A DNA stretch of 64,000 nucleotides from Octopus vulgaris (GCA_951406725.2 OX597824.1:95728001-95792000), one strand, 5' to 3'; counted from the first letter of the stretch, positions 1 to 14,055 are shown. Notes: generated by a model from the letters alone, not told the origin. Translations and numbers: made by a program.

Positions 1-1781
1 CACAGACACACACACATACACACACACAGATACACACATATATATATATATATACATATATACGACGGGCTTCTTTCAGTTTCTGTCTACCAAATCCACT
101 CACAGGGCTTTGATCGGCCCGAGGCAGTAGTAGAAGACACTTACCCGAGGTGTCACGCAGTGGGACTGAACCCTGAACCATGTGGTTCGTAAGCAAGCTA
201 CTTACCACTCAGCCACTCCTACGTCTGTTTTATTTTATCTTTCATCTTTTAAGTTTCAGCCGATGAACTGCGGCCATGCTGGGGCACCACCTTGAAGTGT
301 TCGGTCGAGTGAACTGACCCCAGTACTTACCTTTAAGTCTGGAACTTATTTTATCAGTCTCTTTTTGATTTTGCCGAGCCGCTAAGTTATAGGGGCCTAA
401 ACAAACCAACACCGGTTGTTAAGCAGTGGAGATGGTGGGGCCAACGCCAGCACACATTCATGTATACATACATATATAGACATAAACATGCATGTATTTG
501 TGTTTGTGTGTGTGTGTGTGTTATCGACCCTACGATTTGATCGTTATTTTATTTTATCGGCTCTATTTTATGGATATACAAAATAGTTTCTGGAAATTTA
601 TATAGGAATATTTTATCATCATCATCATCATCGCCATCACCACCATCATCATCATCATCATCATCATCATAACCATCATCATCATCATCATTCGCGAAGT
701 GCAGAGAAGAACGGAGAATGCTTGATCATAAATATTTGAGAGACGTGTGAGAAGCAAACAAAAGCGAGAGAGCGAAGCAGAACGTAATGAAACAAACAAA
801 CCAGTTGCTAACTGATTGCACCACTCGTAGTTACATTCGCACTTGGTCTGGTGTGATTGATGCAGGGATAAAAAGAGAGAGAGAAGGAAGAATGAAAGCT
901 GGCTATAACATGAGTCATATGAACCTGGAAATCCCCTGATTACATCAATACTACTCAGAATCATTTGTGAGGACGTAAATGTCGGGAGGAGTCGAAAGCG
1001 TAATGATCTCTGGTCGGGCAGCTGATGAAGAGAATGCTGAGCAAGGCAAATTGTACGTAAAATATAAACTGTATGTATGTATTAATGAATGTATGCAATT
1101 TTATGGACCCATTGCAGCTGATCTTATGAATCGGTTAAGTAATGTACCACGCGCTCTTCAGAGATGGTACGTATGGAAATGAAAGAAAAAAAGGAAAAAA
1201 AAAAACATGCTATCTTCTAACAGCCGGTTTTAACACCCAGTGCGAAACTGATTACTAAGATGGGCTGTAATGGAGCTATAATATTGTACAGTTTGTTTTA
1301 TATACTCATGGATTCTTTGACGAATGTGTATGTGTGTGTGTGTGTATGCGTGTATGAATATATAAACAGATGTGTATAGATATATATATATACATACATG
1401 TATATATGCATATATACATATTGTGTGTGTGTGTGTATGCATGTATATTATGTCATAGAGCAAACAAAACAGGCATATTGTGTAACACTAGGAAAATACG
1501 AAGAAGAACATGAAATGATGGCCACGAGAATGAAAAAATATTACAGGAAAACTAATATAAATCTTTGAAAATGCCTAAGTAAATATAATGAATGTTTAGT
1601 TTTATATTTTTAAAGTTTACATATAAAGAAATTGGATCTAAGCATTCATTACTGTCAAATAGCAAAAGTAGCCACCCAAGTTGATACAACAGCGTTACAT
1701 GGAAGTAACTACAGTACGAAGACAAACATGGTGGAAAGAGGGTGATCCGGCAGACGACAATGAAAAGCTGAAATATATATA

Positions 1782-2026
1782 CAGGGTGTTCAAGAAGTCT
1801 CTCCGCAGTAAGTAAGTATTTCATTGCAAAGTTCATATTTATAAGATGGTATAAAGGCTACAAAGGAATATATTAGAGATTTTACAAGACTTTAAAAAAA
1901 CTTTATAAGAGATGTTGAAAGTGTCGTCCTTTATTTTCAATACATAGGTTGACTCTTCTACACATGTTTTGAAATACATCTTGGATGGAAAAAAAATCAC
2001 TGCGGAGAAACTTTTTGAACACCCTG
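1782..2026 (-). mobile_element. Tc1/mariner-derived MITE (internally deleted) with TA target site duplication
   Basis: TIRs of ~28 bp, cagggtgttcaagaagtctctccgcagt and actgcggagaaactttttgaacaccctg, both flanked by TA. The minus strand keeps a transposase C-terminus (VFQNMCRRVNLCIENKGRHFQHLL*). Confidence 0.85.
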
Positions 2027-2365
2027 TATAAGCGGAATATGATACTGGTTCTCTTGTCTAGCAAACGAGAGAGTCGTTCAGTAGTAGTTGTTCGCCTTAG
2101 TAGAAATAACAACGAAATCTCTGTTAAAACACGTCCAACTACCATGTAAAATGGGAGGACACTTTGGATAATGTAGTCCTATGATGTACTAAGCCTTAAA
2201 AAAAAGATGATCATAGATGGAAGCATGTGGTTTAGATGTTCGTTTTGCAACCACGTGGTTTCAGGTTCGGTCCCATTGTGCGGCATCTTGGGCAAGTGTC
2301 TTCTACTATAGCCCCGCACCGACCAGTGAATGGATTTGGCTGATGGAAACTGTGTGGAAGCTCGT

Positions 2366-2424
<59 letters not shown>

Positions 2425-2426
2425 TA

Positions 2427-2660
2427 GGCGCGTGGCTTAGTGTGTCGGCATCATGATCGTTAGACTGTGGTTTCGATTCCTGGCCCGGACGATGCGTTGT
2501 GTTCTTGAGCAAAACACTTCATTTTCACGTTGATCCATTCCACTCAGCTGGCAAAAATGAGCAATCCTGCGACGGACCAGCGTCCTGTTCAGGTGGGGAA
2601 TTTCTACACCACTGAAACCGGGAAACCGGCCCTTATGAGCCTGGCATGGCTCGAGAAGGA
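2427..2660 (+). mobile_element. tRNA-derived SINE family C
   Basis: A box ggcgcgtggcttagt, B box tttcgattcc, body gtgttcttgagcaaaacacttca...cactcagctggcaaaaatgag; homologous to several other copies in the window. Confidence 0.8.
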
Positions 2661-3629
2661 ACATTTATATATATATATATATATATATACACGACGTGTG
2701 TGTGTATTTGTCTCCATCTCTGCTTGACACCCAGTGTTTGTTTGTTTACGTCCTCGTAATCTAGCTGTTCGGCAAATGAAACCGATAGGATAAGATACCA
2801 GGCTAAAAGAAAATAAGTGCCCGGATCGGGATGATTCGTTCGACCAAACCCTTCAAGGCGGTGCCCCAGCATGGCCGGAGTCCAATGAGTGAAACATGTA
2901 AAAAGATAAAAGACAGGCGGAATCCGTTTGATTACAAGTCCACTGGACCAGGACCATCACGGGAATAAAGAAAAACAACTGGTTTTCAGCTCATAGAATC
3001 ATTACGAGTCCTTACACTTATTTTTTAAAATCTATTATCTCTCACATCAGGATTTGGTTATCTTACGTATTTAGAGAAAGAAACAAGTCTTCTGGGACTC
3101 TCAAACATATTAAATCGTATAAAAGAATCGTTGTAGCTGGTGTTTAGCTCCAAGGAAGTCATGGTATTTTTCTACTATGATTCCGTTCCCATCTAGGCTG
3201 CTCTATAGCAGGGCTTCTCAACCCCGCTGTACTCTTTCACCACAACTTTCTCTCACTCTTTCTTCCTACTTCTGCCACAAAGAAGAGGAACCATGGTGTA
3301 ACCCACTATGGTGTAGTACACTTTCAGGCCCTCGTCTAGATTGCGAATCCTCTGTACCCCACCAGGATGGTTCAGCTCTCCACCCGTTAAAAGCCACCGT
3401 TTACGGAATGAGGATAACAACGTAGCTTTCTATTATCCTCGTTGAGGATAACAACGTAGCCAGTCTATTGCAGTGTGTGGTGTTCGATCTTCAAGTTGCC
3501 ACACGCATTCTTAGCAGCTTAGAGTAGGCTGGAATTAGAGATTATTCTTTGTGGCTTATGACGTGGGTCCTGATTGGAAGAAGAAGAAAAAGAAGAAGAA
3601 GGAGGAGGAGAAGCAACAACACTAACAAC

Positions 3630-3833
3630 AACACAGAGGGGACAAACAAGGACAGACAAACGGATTAAGTCAATTATATCGACTCCAGTGCGTAACTGGT
3701 ACTTAATTTATCGACCCCGAAAGGATGAAAGGCAAAGTCGACCTCGGTGGAATTTGAACTCAGAACGTAACGACAGACGAAATACCGCTGAGTATTTCGC
3801 CCGGCGTGCTAACCACTCAGCCAGCTTACCGCC
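3630..3833 (-). mobile_element. SINE family B (B1 tail)
   Basis: Reverse complement of the family-B body (gttctgagttcaaattcc..gaggtcgactttgcctttcatcctttcggggtcgataaattaagtaccag). Confidence 0.85.
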
Positions 3834-4799
3834 CTTTGTGAGATTATATTACTTTTCCCAACTATATATAATTTTAATTGCCTCTGCGCTCACTATCTGC
3901 TCCTATTGTGCCACAAAGGAGACAACGAGCTAAAAGTCCATAGCACTGCCAATGTTCCTGACTGTAACCTTAGCATTGTGGTAGCCTATGCAGTGCGATT
4001 TGAGCCGATGAACACGTGTGTGGTGCACCAACTCGGCCTCTCATCTCCCCACTCTTTCTCTCACGGTCTTGAAAACCAGGTGAGCACTAATTGAATATTG
4101 TCAGCTTTTGGTGGAGAGCATATTGCTCCACACATCGGACAAAGCTTCTTTTCGTTGCTCTAAAGAGGGAACACTGAACGACCATCTGCTGTCCAAGAAG
4201 CAGCAATGCGTCACTCCTTGTGCGTTCTTGGACAAATTCCTGAAGCAACGAAATCACAATCTTTTGCGACAGATCGCTGCCATGTTTCCTTATCCAACCG
4301 AATTCTATGAACATCCAAAAATGTTGTCCGGCAATCTCGGTGAAACTACTTCTTTTGCCATCAACATTTCCTCTCGGCATGTGTTTGTTTATTGTATTTT
4401 TTGTTGCTTCTCCAAATTTATTGCTAGGAATGTTTTCATTTATGTTCTTCAAAAAAACCTCACTATTTTTTTCTTTCAAAATCTCTGCGTTTTATTCTAA
4501 AATATTTTCTCGTCTTAATTTATATATTTATTTATTTATATCCTGTTTAACTTCTATCAAAACGTGGTAGTCCTTGTTCGAAATTTTGGGACTGTTCCTG
4601 CCTAGAAAAGCTATTTTGTTTGTTTACAAATGAAAAAGAAAATATTTGCATCACAAAATGAGAGAAATGAAAACAATTAATTGCCTTTTTTTTTTTTGTT
4701 ATATAAAATCATTTTACATTAAATGAAATACTTTTCCGCTTAATGCACCAGAAAAATCTAGAATATGGAGAACGAGATGAAGCCTAACTCACACAAACT

Positions 4800-4815
4800 T
4801 AATAATAATAATAAC

Positions 4816-4861
<46 letters not shown>

Positions 4862-4862
4862 T
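4800..4862 (+). repeat. (TAA)n microsatellite
   Basis: Read directly; abuts the 5'-truncated LINE. Confidence 0.95.
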
Positions 4863-5667
4863 ATACAACAAATTCTGGAATTATACATACGAGAAACATG
4901 CGCAGAAAAAGCTAAGCGCATGAAAACCTGTGCTAAAACTGCTGCCTTAGATATTCTGACTGATAAATGGCAAGAAAAACCTCTCTATGGCAAATACCCA
5001 AAGAGAGCGAATAATGCAGATGTTGACAAAGCCCTGATCCATCAATGGTTAATGGCCTCTGGCTTAAAATCTGAAACAGAAGGGTTTCTCATAGCAGCTC
5101 GAGATCAATGCCTACCTACAAAGAATTACCAGGCCAACATATTAAAGAACGGCAGTAGCCCAACATGTCGTGTATGTCAACAACAAAATGAAACCATTGA
5201 TCATGTTGTCTCCAAGTGCAGTCTTCTTGCACCTACAGAGTATCTCAACAGGCATGATAGAGCTGCACAATATATTCACTGGGTAATTTGCAAAAGCCTG
5301 GACTTGCCCCATGAAAAAAACTGGTGGGAACACAAACCACCTCCAATGCTTGAAAATGACCACATCTCACTCCTCTGGAACTTCACCATTCAAACTGACA
5401 GAAACATAGATGCGAATAGGCCAGACATCATATTGAAAGACTTCAGACAAAAATCATGCCTCCTCACTGATAAAACTGTCCCAATCGATATAAACGTATC
5501 TGTCTAGACCTACCAAAAACTGAGCAAATATAAAAAATCTTGAAATAGAAATTAGCAAAATGTGGAACCTGAAGACTAAAACAATACCTGTTGTCATAGG
5601 TGCCCTGGGAATGATAGCAAAAGGGGCTGATTGCTACCTAGCTCAGATACTAGGAAACCCCAAAATG
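4863..5667 (+). pseudogene. R4/Dong-clade non-LTR retrotransposon ORF C-terminal fragment (CCHC zinc knuckle plus restriction-like endonuclease)
   Basis: ORF 4920-5507 contains LKSETEGFLIAARDQ, CRVC...ETIDHVVSKC, RHD and NRPDIILKD. Past a stop and a frameshift it continues as KLSKY..LEIEISKMWNLKTKTIPVVIGALG. It is cut at the 3' end by a SINE A fragment. Confidence 0.9.
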
Positions 5668-5793
5668 GGTTCAATCCCACTGCGTGGCACTTTGGGCAAG
5701 TGTTTTCTACTATAGCCTCGGGCCGACCAACGCCTTGTGAGTGGATTTGGTAGATGGAAACTGAAGGAAGCCCGTCGTATATATATATATATC

Positions 5794-5825
<32 letters not shown>

Positions 5826-5962
5826 TGCATGTGTGTGTACGTGTGTGTCTGTGTTTGTCCCCCAACATCGCTTGACTTAGCAGTTCGGCAAAAGAGATTT
5901 GCTCGACTAAAGGCGGTGCTCCAGCATGGCCACAGTCAAATGACTGAAATAAGTAAAAGAGT
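5668..5962 (+). mobile_element. SINE family A, 5'-truncated with internal deletions
   Basis: ggttcaatcccactgcgtggcactttgggcaagtg...ggcggtgctccagcatggccacagtcaaatgactgaaa. Confidence 0.85.
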
Positions 5963-6549
5963 AAGAGGACCTAGTGTGTGTCCTTTTAATCCCTAACACC
6001 GCTGCAGACGAATTTTATGCCTAGTTAGGGATTATTTTTTTATGTGAGAGGGTTTATACTGTTTTAGTTGCGCTTGGCCAGATCTTATCAACCAATCGTC
6101 TTTTACTCTTGAAATTGTGGGACTCCGGGAACGGAGACGGAAGTCACAAAGACTGCCCCCAAGCGGCACACATTCTAGCTATGTTACTGGAGTGGTTCTT
6201 TCTATATCTGCCCCCAAATCGAAGGCTTCTTTTTCCCCCCTGCTTATTTCTTTAAAGCATTTCGAATATTTTGCATAAGAAGATGATGTCATAAACTCTT
6301 GTCTCTCATCGAGAGTAAGAAATCTTAAGGAGGCATTTCACGCAGGAAACTTAATTTGAAAGCCAGCCACAAAAATGTTGAAATTAGAAAATTAAAAATT
6401 GTTTACAAGGAAAGAAATGTGTCAGAAAAGCAACATTTGTTTTAATTAATTATTTCTTTTAAATTTCAGCTACCAGAACAAACCGCTTCTCACATCAGTC
6501 AGTATAATTTCTTAAAATATTATTTACCCCACCTCTCTCTCTCACACTG

Positions 6550-6620
<71 letters not shown>

Positions 6621-6891
6621 TTCACTCTCTCTCACTCCACACACAGGCACGAGCCATACTCGACCTGCAAAAGATAGTAGCCAAATTCTTCCACATCCCA
6701 CTTGATCGTCAGTAATGTGGCCTTCGATTCCTTGCACATAGGAAATAAATGAAATGGCCATGGTTGGAATGCCTTTGGTCATAAATTTACTCCGTCAGTG
6801 CTCATCAGGAGTAAGGTGGCGTACAAACAACAATTCACGTAGGCATATTTATATTTTCTTATATACATACATACATAAATACATACATACA

Positions 6892-7255
6892 TACTCTTTT
6901 ACTTGTTTCAGGCATTTGACTGCGGCCATGCTGGAGCACCGCCTTTAGTCGACCAAATTGACCCCAGGACTTATTCTTTGTAAGCCTAGTACTTATTCTA
7001 TCGGTCTCTTTTGCCGAACCGCTAAGTTACGGGGACGTAAACACACCACCATCGGTTGTCAAGCGATGTTGGGGGGACAAACACAGACATACACACACAT
7101 AGATATATGTACATATATACGACGGGCTTCTTTCAGTTTCCGTCTACCAAATCCACTCACAAGGCTTTGGTCAGCCTGAGGCTATAGTAGAAGACACTTG
7201 CCCAAGGTGCCATGCAGTGGGACTGAACCCGGAATGCTACTTACCACATAGCCAT
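6892..7255 (-). mobile_element. SINE family A
   Basis: Near full-length reverse-complement copy. Confidence 0.9.
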
Positions 7256-8063
7256 ACATACATACATACATACATACATACGTACGTACGTATATATGAA
7301 CATGCATACGTACGTACATACACACACACTCATACGCGTGCGTGTGTGTTGTGTATGCTTGTGGATATCTGGATGTACTTCGAGGGTATTCTAGCAAGTG
7401 AGTGCAAACCTGTAAGAATATGTGGTCGCTTAGAATCATGAAGAACAGAAGATAAAAAAAAAGAAGAAATCTTGCTCTGCGGGGAAGTGGGATTAAAAAA
7501 TTTGAACAGAAAGAACCAGAAAGAAAATAAACAGAAGAAGAAAACCATAATGAAAAGTTAATCAAATAAACAATCTTGTTCTCGGTTTATAATATTGAAA
7601 TTAAGAATAAAATATGTAAATTCCAACGTATTAAGTAAACAGTTTTCGGGTGGAGTTGAGCGTTTTAACTGACTGGAATTCACAAAAAGAAAGGGAAAAA
7701 ATGAAGATATTAAAAAAAAAAAAAGAGAAATAGTATAATAAAACAGACATTCCATTACAAGAAGAACTAATTTTTTAAATATTCGGCGCCCCTTACTCTG
7801 CGTTTCATGTTGCTGACTGTAAGGAATGTTGTCGTGTATGTTCTGAGATAAAAAAAAAAAAGAAGAAAAAAAAGAAAAAGGAGTGGTGGTGGTGGTTATT
7901 AATTTAGTATGATTTTGTTTATAAAGTTGGTGTAGTCAGCCTGCAATTCGGGTTCGATTCCTGCTTGCAAGTCCAGGAAGAAACTAAATGCCGTTACACC
8001 GAAAATTTCAGGCCTTGTGCCTGAAGTGAAAAAGATTATTACGCTCTAAGAGAAGATGAGAGA

Positions 8064-8126
<63 letters not shown>

Positions 8127-8167
8127 GGGGGGGAGTGAGACAGAGAGAAACATTAACCTCATTTGAA

Positions 8168-8402
8168 GGTGGCGAGCTGGCAGAAACGTTAGCAGGCCGG
8201 GCGAAATGCTTAGTGGTATTTCGTCTGCGGCTACGTTCTGAGTTCAAATTCCGCCGAGGTCGACTTTGCCTTTCATCCTTTCGGAGTCGATAAATTAAGT
8301 ACCAGTTACGCACTGGGGTCGATATAATCGACTTAATCCGTTTGTCTATCCTTGTTCGTCCCCTCTGTGTTTAGCCCCTTGTGGGTAGTAAAAGAAATAA
8401 GA
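8168..8402 (+). mobile_element. SINE family B (full length, B1 tail)
   Basis: ggtggcgagctggcagaaacgttagc...gagttcaaattcc...tttagccccttgtgggtagtaaaagaaataag. Confidence 0.9.
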
Positions 8403-8624
8403 TACATACATACATATATACATACATACACACATAACGAAGTAAAGGTGTCTCTGTCAGTTGTTTGTCAGAGATTTTAGTTATTTCCCAATCCCAGATC
8501 AGCCCAGCTGGAGCAGATCTCTGATCAATAGCATTTTGACTATGGACAGCCCTTCTTTTATTTCAGTTGTCTCATATCTAAAACTGCATAATCCAACAGC
8601 CCTTTTATTTTTTTCTGTTCATAG

Positions 8625-8813
8625 GCTCAGGCTCCGTTGAGAAGTTCGCTTCTTAACCCCTTGGTTTTGGGTTCAGTCCCATCGCATGGCATCTTGGGCA
8701 AGCGCCTGCTACTATAGTCCCAGGCCGACCAATACCTTGTAAGTGGATTCGGCATACGGAAACTGTATGGAAGCTCGTCGTCCATGCACACACACACACA
8801 CCTGTGTGTATGC

Positions 8814-8854
<41 letters not shown>

Positions 8855-9055
8855 TGTCCTTCCACTACTTGATAACCGGTGTTGGGTTTGTTTACGTCCT
8901 GTAACGTAGCAGTTCGGCAAAAGAGTCCGAGAGAATAAATACCAGACTTTATGAAAAAGAAAAGAAAGAAAAAAAAGCATTGGGGTCAATTTCTTCCACT
9001 GAAAACCCTTCGAAGCGGTGCCCCAGCATGGCCGTTGACTGAAACAAGTAAAAGA
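8625..9055 (+). mobile_element. SINE family A, diverged
   Basis: Homologous to the family-A consensus, with an internal (TG)n tract. Confidence 0.8.
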
Positions 9056-9765
9056 CGTCAATCGATAAAGATAAAGATATGACAGAGAATAATTTGGGCA
9101 AGATTTAGCTGTTATTTCTGCTCGGCTGAGCGACCACCAAGAAGTTTCTTCTGGCTTGAGATTTGATTCAGATCGATTTTTAAGGCGATTTGGAAAGGAT
9201 TATCAAACGATTAAGTGCTGATTACGTTTTATGTGAGTCGGTCGTACACTCGGGAATTAATCTGAATGTAAGCAGTAACCTGTAGCTTGGTGTTACAAAG
9301 CATCCGTTTGTACGAAAATAAAGCTAGTTAGCACACACACACACACACACACTTTAATTTAATTTAAATTAGTCACTTTATAAACACGAATCGAAAACAG
9401 AAAAAATTGTGCGCGTATTTTTTGTATCTCAGATTCGTGTCTATGAAGTGTCTAATTTAATTAAACTCGTGTTTATAATCGAAAATATTGACCATTTTTT
9501 TTACAATAGTTGTTGTTATTACGGCATTTCTTCTGGTTGCTTACGTTCTGGGTTCAAATTCCGTCGATGATGTCGACATTGCCTTTAATCCTTTCAGGAA
9601 TAAGGATCAGTCAAGTATTGGGGGTCGCTGTAATCCACTATCCCACCCCTGACCAAATTCAGGGTTTGTGTTTGTAGTAGAAAGTATCATATTCGTTATT
9701 TGATTAAAACTCTGCTTATTTTATTGGATATGATGGAAAGTGTCAGCTGTCCACAGCCAGCAGAC

Positions 9766-9803
<38 letters not shown>

Positions 9804-9809
9804 TAATAG

Positions 9810-9950
9810 TTATTGAGTAAGAGAGTAGTGCATGCCATCAAAGTGACACTGGGGAACAAATATACGAAGCCCAGTATACCCATCATGAGTACCCGTCTGA
9901 TAAGGGTACACTAGGCGCATGCATCACAACCATATGTGCGCGACATGGTG

Positions 9951-9951
<1 letters not shown>
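9810..9951 (-). mobile_element. TAA-microsatellite-associated retroelement 3' fragment
   Basis: Reverse complement matches 55630-55768; flanked by (TAA)n on one side and (TTA)n on the other. Confidence 0.7.
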
Positions 9952-10020
<69 letters not shown>

Positions 10021-10024
10021 TAAT

Positions 10025-10385
10025 GCGGTGTGTTGGCAGAATCGTTAGCATGCCAAGTAAAATGCTTAGCAGCATTTCTTACGTTCTGAGTTCAAACTCC
10101 GCCGAGGTCAATTTTGCTTTTCTTCCTTTCGGGATCGATAAATTAAATACCAGTGAAACACTGGGGTCGACGTAATCGACTAGACCCCCTCCTACCAAAT
10201 TCCAGGCCTCATGCCTTTAGCAGAAAAGATTATAATCAAGGCGGCGAGCTGGCAGAAACGCTAGCACGCCGGGCGAAATGCTTAGTAGTATTTCGTCTGC
10301 CGTTACGTTCTGAGTTCGAATTCCGCCGAGGTCGACTTTGCCTTTAATCCAGTCGGGGTCGATAAATTAAGTACCAGTTATGCAC
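10025..10385 (+). mobile_element. Two tandem SINE family B copies
   Basis: Copies at ~10025-10232 and ~10240-10385. Confidence 0.85.
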
Positions 10386-10685
10386 TGGCGAAGGAGTGAG
10401 CAGAGCAACAAAATGCCGAAGATCACTACTCTATGCGGTGGTCTAGTGGTGGTCTAACAGTTAGAGATGGCAGCCAAGTCTCCTTCGGGTGACATCTTAA
10501 TAATGGTAGAAAACGGAACGGACATCTTGGATAATATAGGACCAGTTGAGCACTGGAATCGATCTAATCGACTTTCCCAGACCTATATATCTATCGATCT
10601 ATCTATCTATCTATCTGTACTCCATATCTGTTTCAGAAATAATATATTAGCCAACACGGCACACTTTGCCTGGCAGACAACATAT

Positions 10686-11076
10686 AGGAGTGGCTGTGTG
10701 GTAAGTAGCTTGTTTACCAACCACATGGTTCCGGGTTCAGTCCCAATGCGTGGCACCTTGGGCAAGTGTCTTCTACTATAGCCTCGGGCCGAATAAAGCC
10801 TTGTGAGTGGATTTGGTAGATGGAAACTGAAAGAAGCCCGTCGTATATATGTACATATATGTATATGTGTGCGTGTATGTGTGTCTGTGTTTGTCCCCCT
10901 AGCATTACTTGACAACCGATGCTTGTGTGTTTATGTCCCCGTCACTTAGCGGTTCGGCAAAAGAGACCGATAGAATAAGTACTGGGCTTACAAAGAATAA
11001 GTCCCGGAGTCGATTTGCTCGACTAAAGGCGGTGCTCCAGCATGGCCGCAGTCAAATGACTGAAACAAGTAAAAGA

Positions 11077-11078
<2 letters not shown>
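10686..11078 (+). mobile_element. SINE family A (full length)
   Basis: A box ggagtggctgtgtggtaag, B box gggttcagtccc, CORE-like accttgggcaagtgtctt, internal microsatellite, tail gactgaaacaagtaaaagag. Confidence 0.92.
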
Positions 11079-11119
<41 letters not shown>

Positions 11120-11771
11120 CAAAGCGAGAGATTTGAGTACAGCATATCATTTACACATATTGTCAACATGTCCTCTGGCTGTCAGATATTCGAACGAAGG
11201 TCACCGTACGACATTGACGGTGACACATTTCAGCACTCTCCGGTTAAATTGATCTAAAACCTGACTTGTTGAAAGAACTTTAAGTCTGATTACTTCCAGT
11301 GAAAAATAATTTATGTGAGCTTGTAAGAGTCGCAGATTAGATTTGCTTCGTAAATAAGTATTTTTTTTTCTTTCTTTCTGTCTAGCCGTATTAGATATCA
11401 GCTCTGCAGGTCTCTGAATGTATGGAAGTAATTAATAAATAAAAAATACATTATTTAAACTGGCTGAAAGCAATATTAAGTACATTTTACTCTCGGAAAA
11501 TAAATGATAAATATAGAAAAAGAACAAAACCTTATAACATTTTCTTTAATACAGAATACGAGGCTGATATTTATTTGTTTGTAGCGAGGCCTAGATTCGA
11601 AACTGTGTAGGTTTAGTAAGCAGGATCTGGAGAAGGCAACTTGCTCTGAATACTAACCAAACATCTTGCAGCAATATCACCCCCGTGTTATCGATAGTTC
11701 TAGATGTTTCCGCATAAGTAAGGTTTGTAAAAGCAGAAGCGCAGGCAAACATGGCAAAGAGAGAAGCGGAC

Positions 11772-11850
11772 ATGGACAACAAAGTCCTCAAAACGACAGA
11801 TTCCTTAGTTGCTGCTCGATTCTTGGCAAACATACCAGAGAGAGAGAGAG

Positions 11851-11883
<33 letters not shown>

Positions 11884-11953
11884 TGGACAAGTCCTTAAGA
11901 AGACAGATTCCTTGGTTGCTGCTCGACTCTTGGCAAACATACCAGAGAGAGAG

Positions 11954-11986
<33 letters not shown>

Positions 11987-12175
11987 TGGACAAGTCCTTA
12001 AGAAGACAGATTCCTTGGTTGCTGCTCGACTCTTGGCAAACATACCAGAGAGAGAGAGAGAGAGAAAAAGAAAGAAAGAGAGAGAGGGAGAGAGAGAGAT
12101 GGACAAGTCCTTAAGAAGACAGATTCCTTGGTTGCTGCTCGACTCTTGGCAAACATACCAGAGAGAGAGAGAGAG

Positions 12176-12222
<47 letters not shown>

Positions 12223-12430
12223 CAAGTCCTTAAGAATACAGATTCCTTGGTTGCTGCTCGACTCTTGGCAAACATACCAGAGGGAGAGAGAGAGAAAGAG
12301 ATGGACAAGTCCTTAAGAAGACAGACTCCTTAGTTGCTGCTCGACTCTAGGCAAATATACCAGAGAGAGAGAAAGAGATGGAGAAGTCCTTAGGAAGACA
12401 GGTTCCTCGATTGCTGTTCGACTCTAGGCA
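11772..12430 (+). repeat. Compound minisatellite, ~7 units of a ~63 bp core plus variable (AG)/(AAAG) spacer
   Basis: Unit atggacaagtccttaagaagacagattccttggttgctgctcgactcttggcaaacataccagag starts at ~11772, 11883, 11987, 12099, 12218, 12301 and 12378. Confidence 0.95.
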
Positions 12431-13720
12431 AAAGGAGTCGTCGACTCTGGAGAACAGAGTATTTTCCCGCTGCCCACACGAAGCCATTTTCACCTTTTAT
12501 TAATTCGACTATGAACTCCATTTACTACAGACAGATCGCGATACAACCCCGGAAAGGATTTGTAGAAGGATGTAAATATTGTGATGTACGCATTTATCGA
12601 TAAATGTGTAAACACAATTTGGTGTTGGTTTTAACACGGGACAACCTAAACATTACATCAACTAATCAAGACTCATCCAGACAGTCCGACATATTGTTTC
12701 TCTTATATTCCTTTCTGTGAATTAAACATCGATTAAGACGATTTAAGAGGGATTAAATAGAATCTATGCGAGTCAGAGTGGTTTGTCGGATAACTTCGGT
12801 CACTGACCCCAATTTCTTTTTTTAAATTTTAATCTTTTTCCAGTCTTATTTGATTTAACACGAAAAATATTTTTACCATAGTGTTTTATGAGTTTTCTTT
12901 TCTATATTTACGTCTATTTTTTCCTTCTACAACTTTTTAAATTGATCGTTTTTGAAATTTGTATAAATTTTATCTCTTTTTCAGACATACGACGAAGGAA
13001 TGCCAAGTCGGTAAAGAACGAACGGATTTATCTGACAACCCAATATTATACCACATAGTAGGTGCAGTATGGCCGAATAGTTACCAAGTTCGCTCCACAA
13101 CCATGAAGTTTTGGGTTCCATCTCGCGACATGGCACCTTTTGGCAAATGTCACTTAGACCCGCTTCTGAGTAAGCGGAGACTGGGCAGAATCCCATCGAG
13201 TGGATTATACTTGTAATTTAAAAAGTACAGCCTTGTCACTTAGCTGATTCTAGCTAAGAATTACGCTGACACACGTGTCTGTGGGGTGCTCAGCCACTTA
13301 TACATTAATTTCACGAGCAGGCTGTTCTGTAGATCGAATCAACTGGAACCCTCGTCGTCGTAACCGACAGAAAGTCAGTAAGGAGTAAGATATTTCAGTT
13401 GATCGAACAACCGAATCCTCGTCGCCAAACGACGGAGAACCATCACATGATGCTTTTATGGTAAGCGTTGGTGTGTACCTGTGTGAAATGAATATCTAAA
13501 GAGAAGGCCAGCACGCAAACCCGTCTGCTCTGACCTAGTCATCCCATCAAATACACTCACAATCTTCATAGTTATTTTTTTTATATATATTTTCTGAAAT
13601 ATTATTTATTTATTTGTATATTTTTATCTTTTTAAGTGTCCCGTTTCGAGATTTCAGTTGATTTGACACGTATCAGATATGGATCTGTTTGTATATTATA
13701 TACGTACATACACCTGCATG

Positions 13721-13787
<67 letters not shown>

Positions 13788-14055
13788 ATAGTTGCATGCC
13801 CTTGAAATATCAGTGGGTGATGAATATTTCGTTTTTCAGGTAATTAGTCTACCTGTGGCAAAGGAGGATTAATAGAATAAAATACAAATTCCTCATTATA
13901 CCATTTCATAAACGATACGTACACACACACACACACACACACAAATTCATACGCGTTGTGGTACTACATGTATAACCTTTGCAGAGGACGGGGTGAGAAT
14001 ACACATCTGTGTTCGTTAGTGGTTTTCTTTCTTTAAAAAAACTAAATAAATAAAT

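Noticed and set aside
2427-2500. tRNA genes suggested by A/B boxes
   Set aside because: All such motifs are heads of multi-copy SINEs; I could not build a complete cloverleaf.
3900-4500. Overlapping 130 aa ORFs, possible Merlin-like transposase relic
   Set aside because: Only vague motif similarity; not supportable without an HMM search.
11751-12316. Repetitive ORFs or CRISPR-like array
   Set aside because: Spacers are simple AG tracts that shift frame between units; no cas genes, and the context is eukaryotic.
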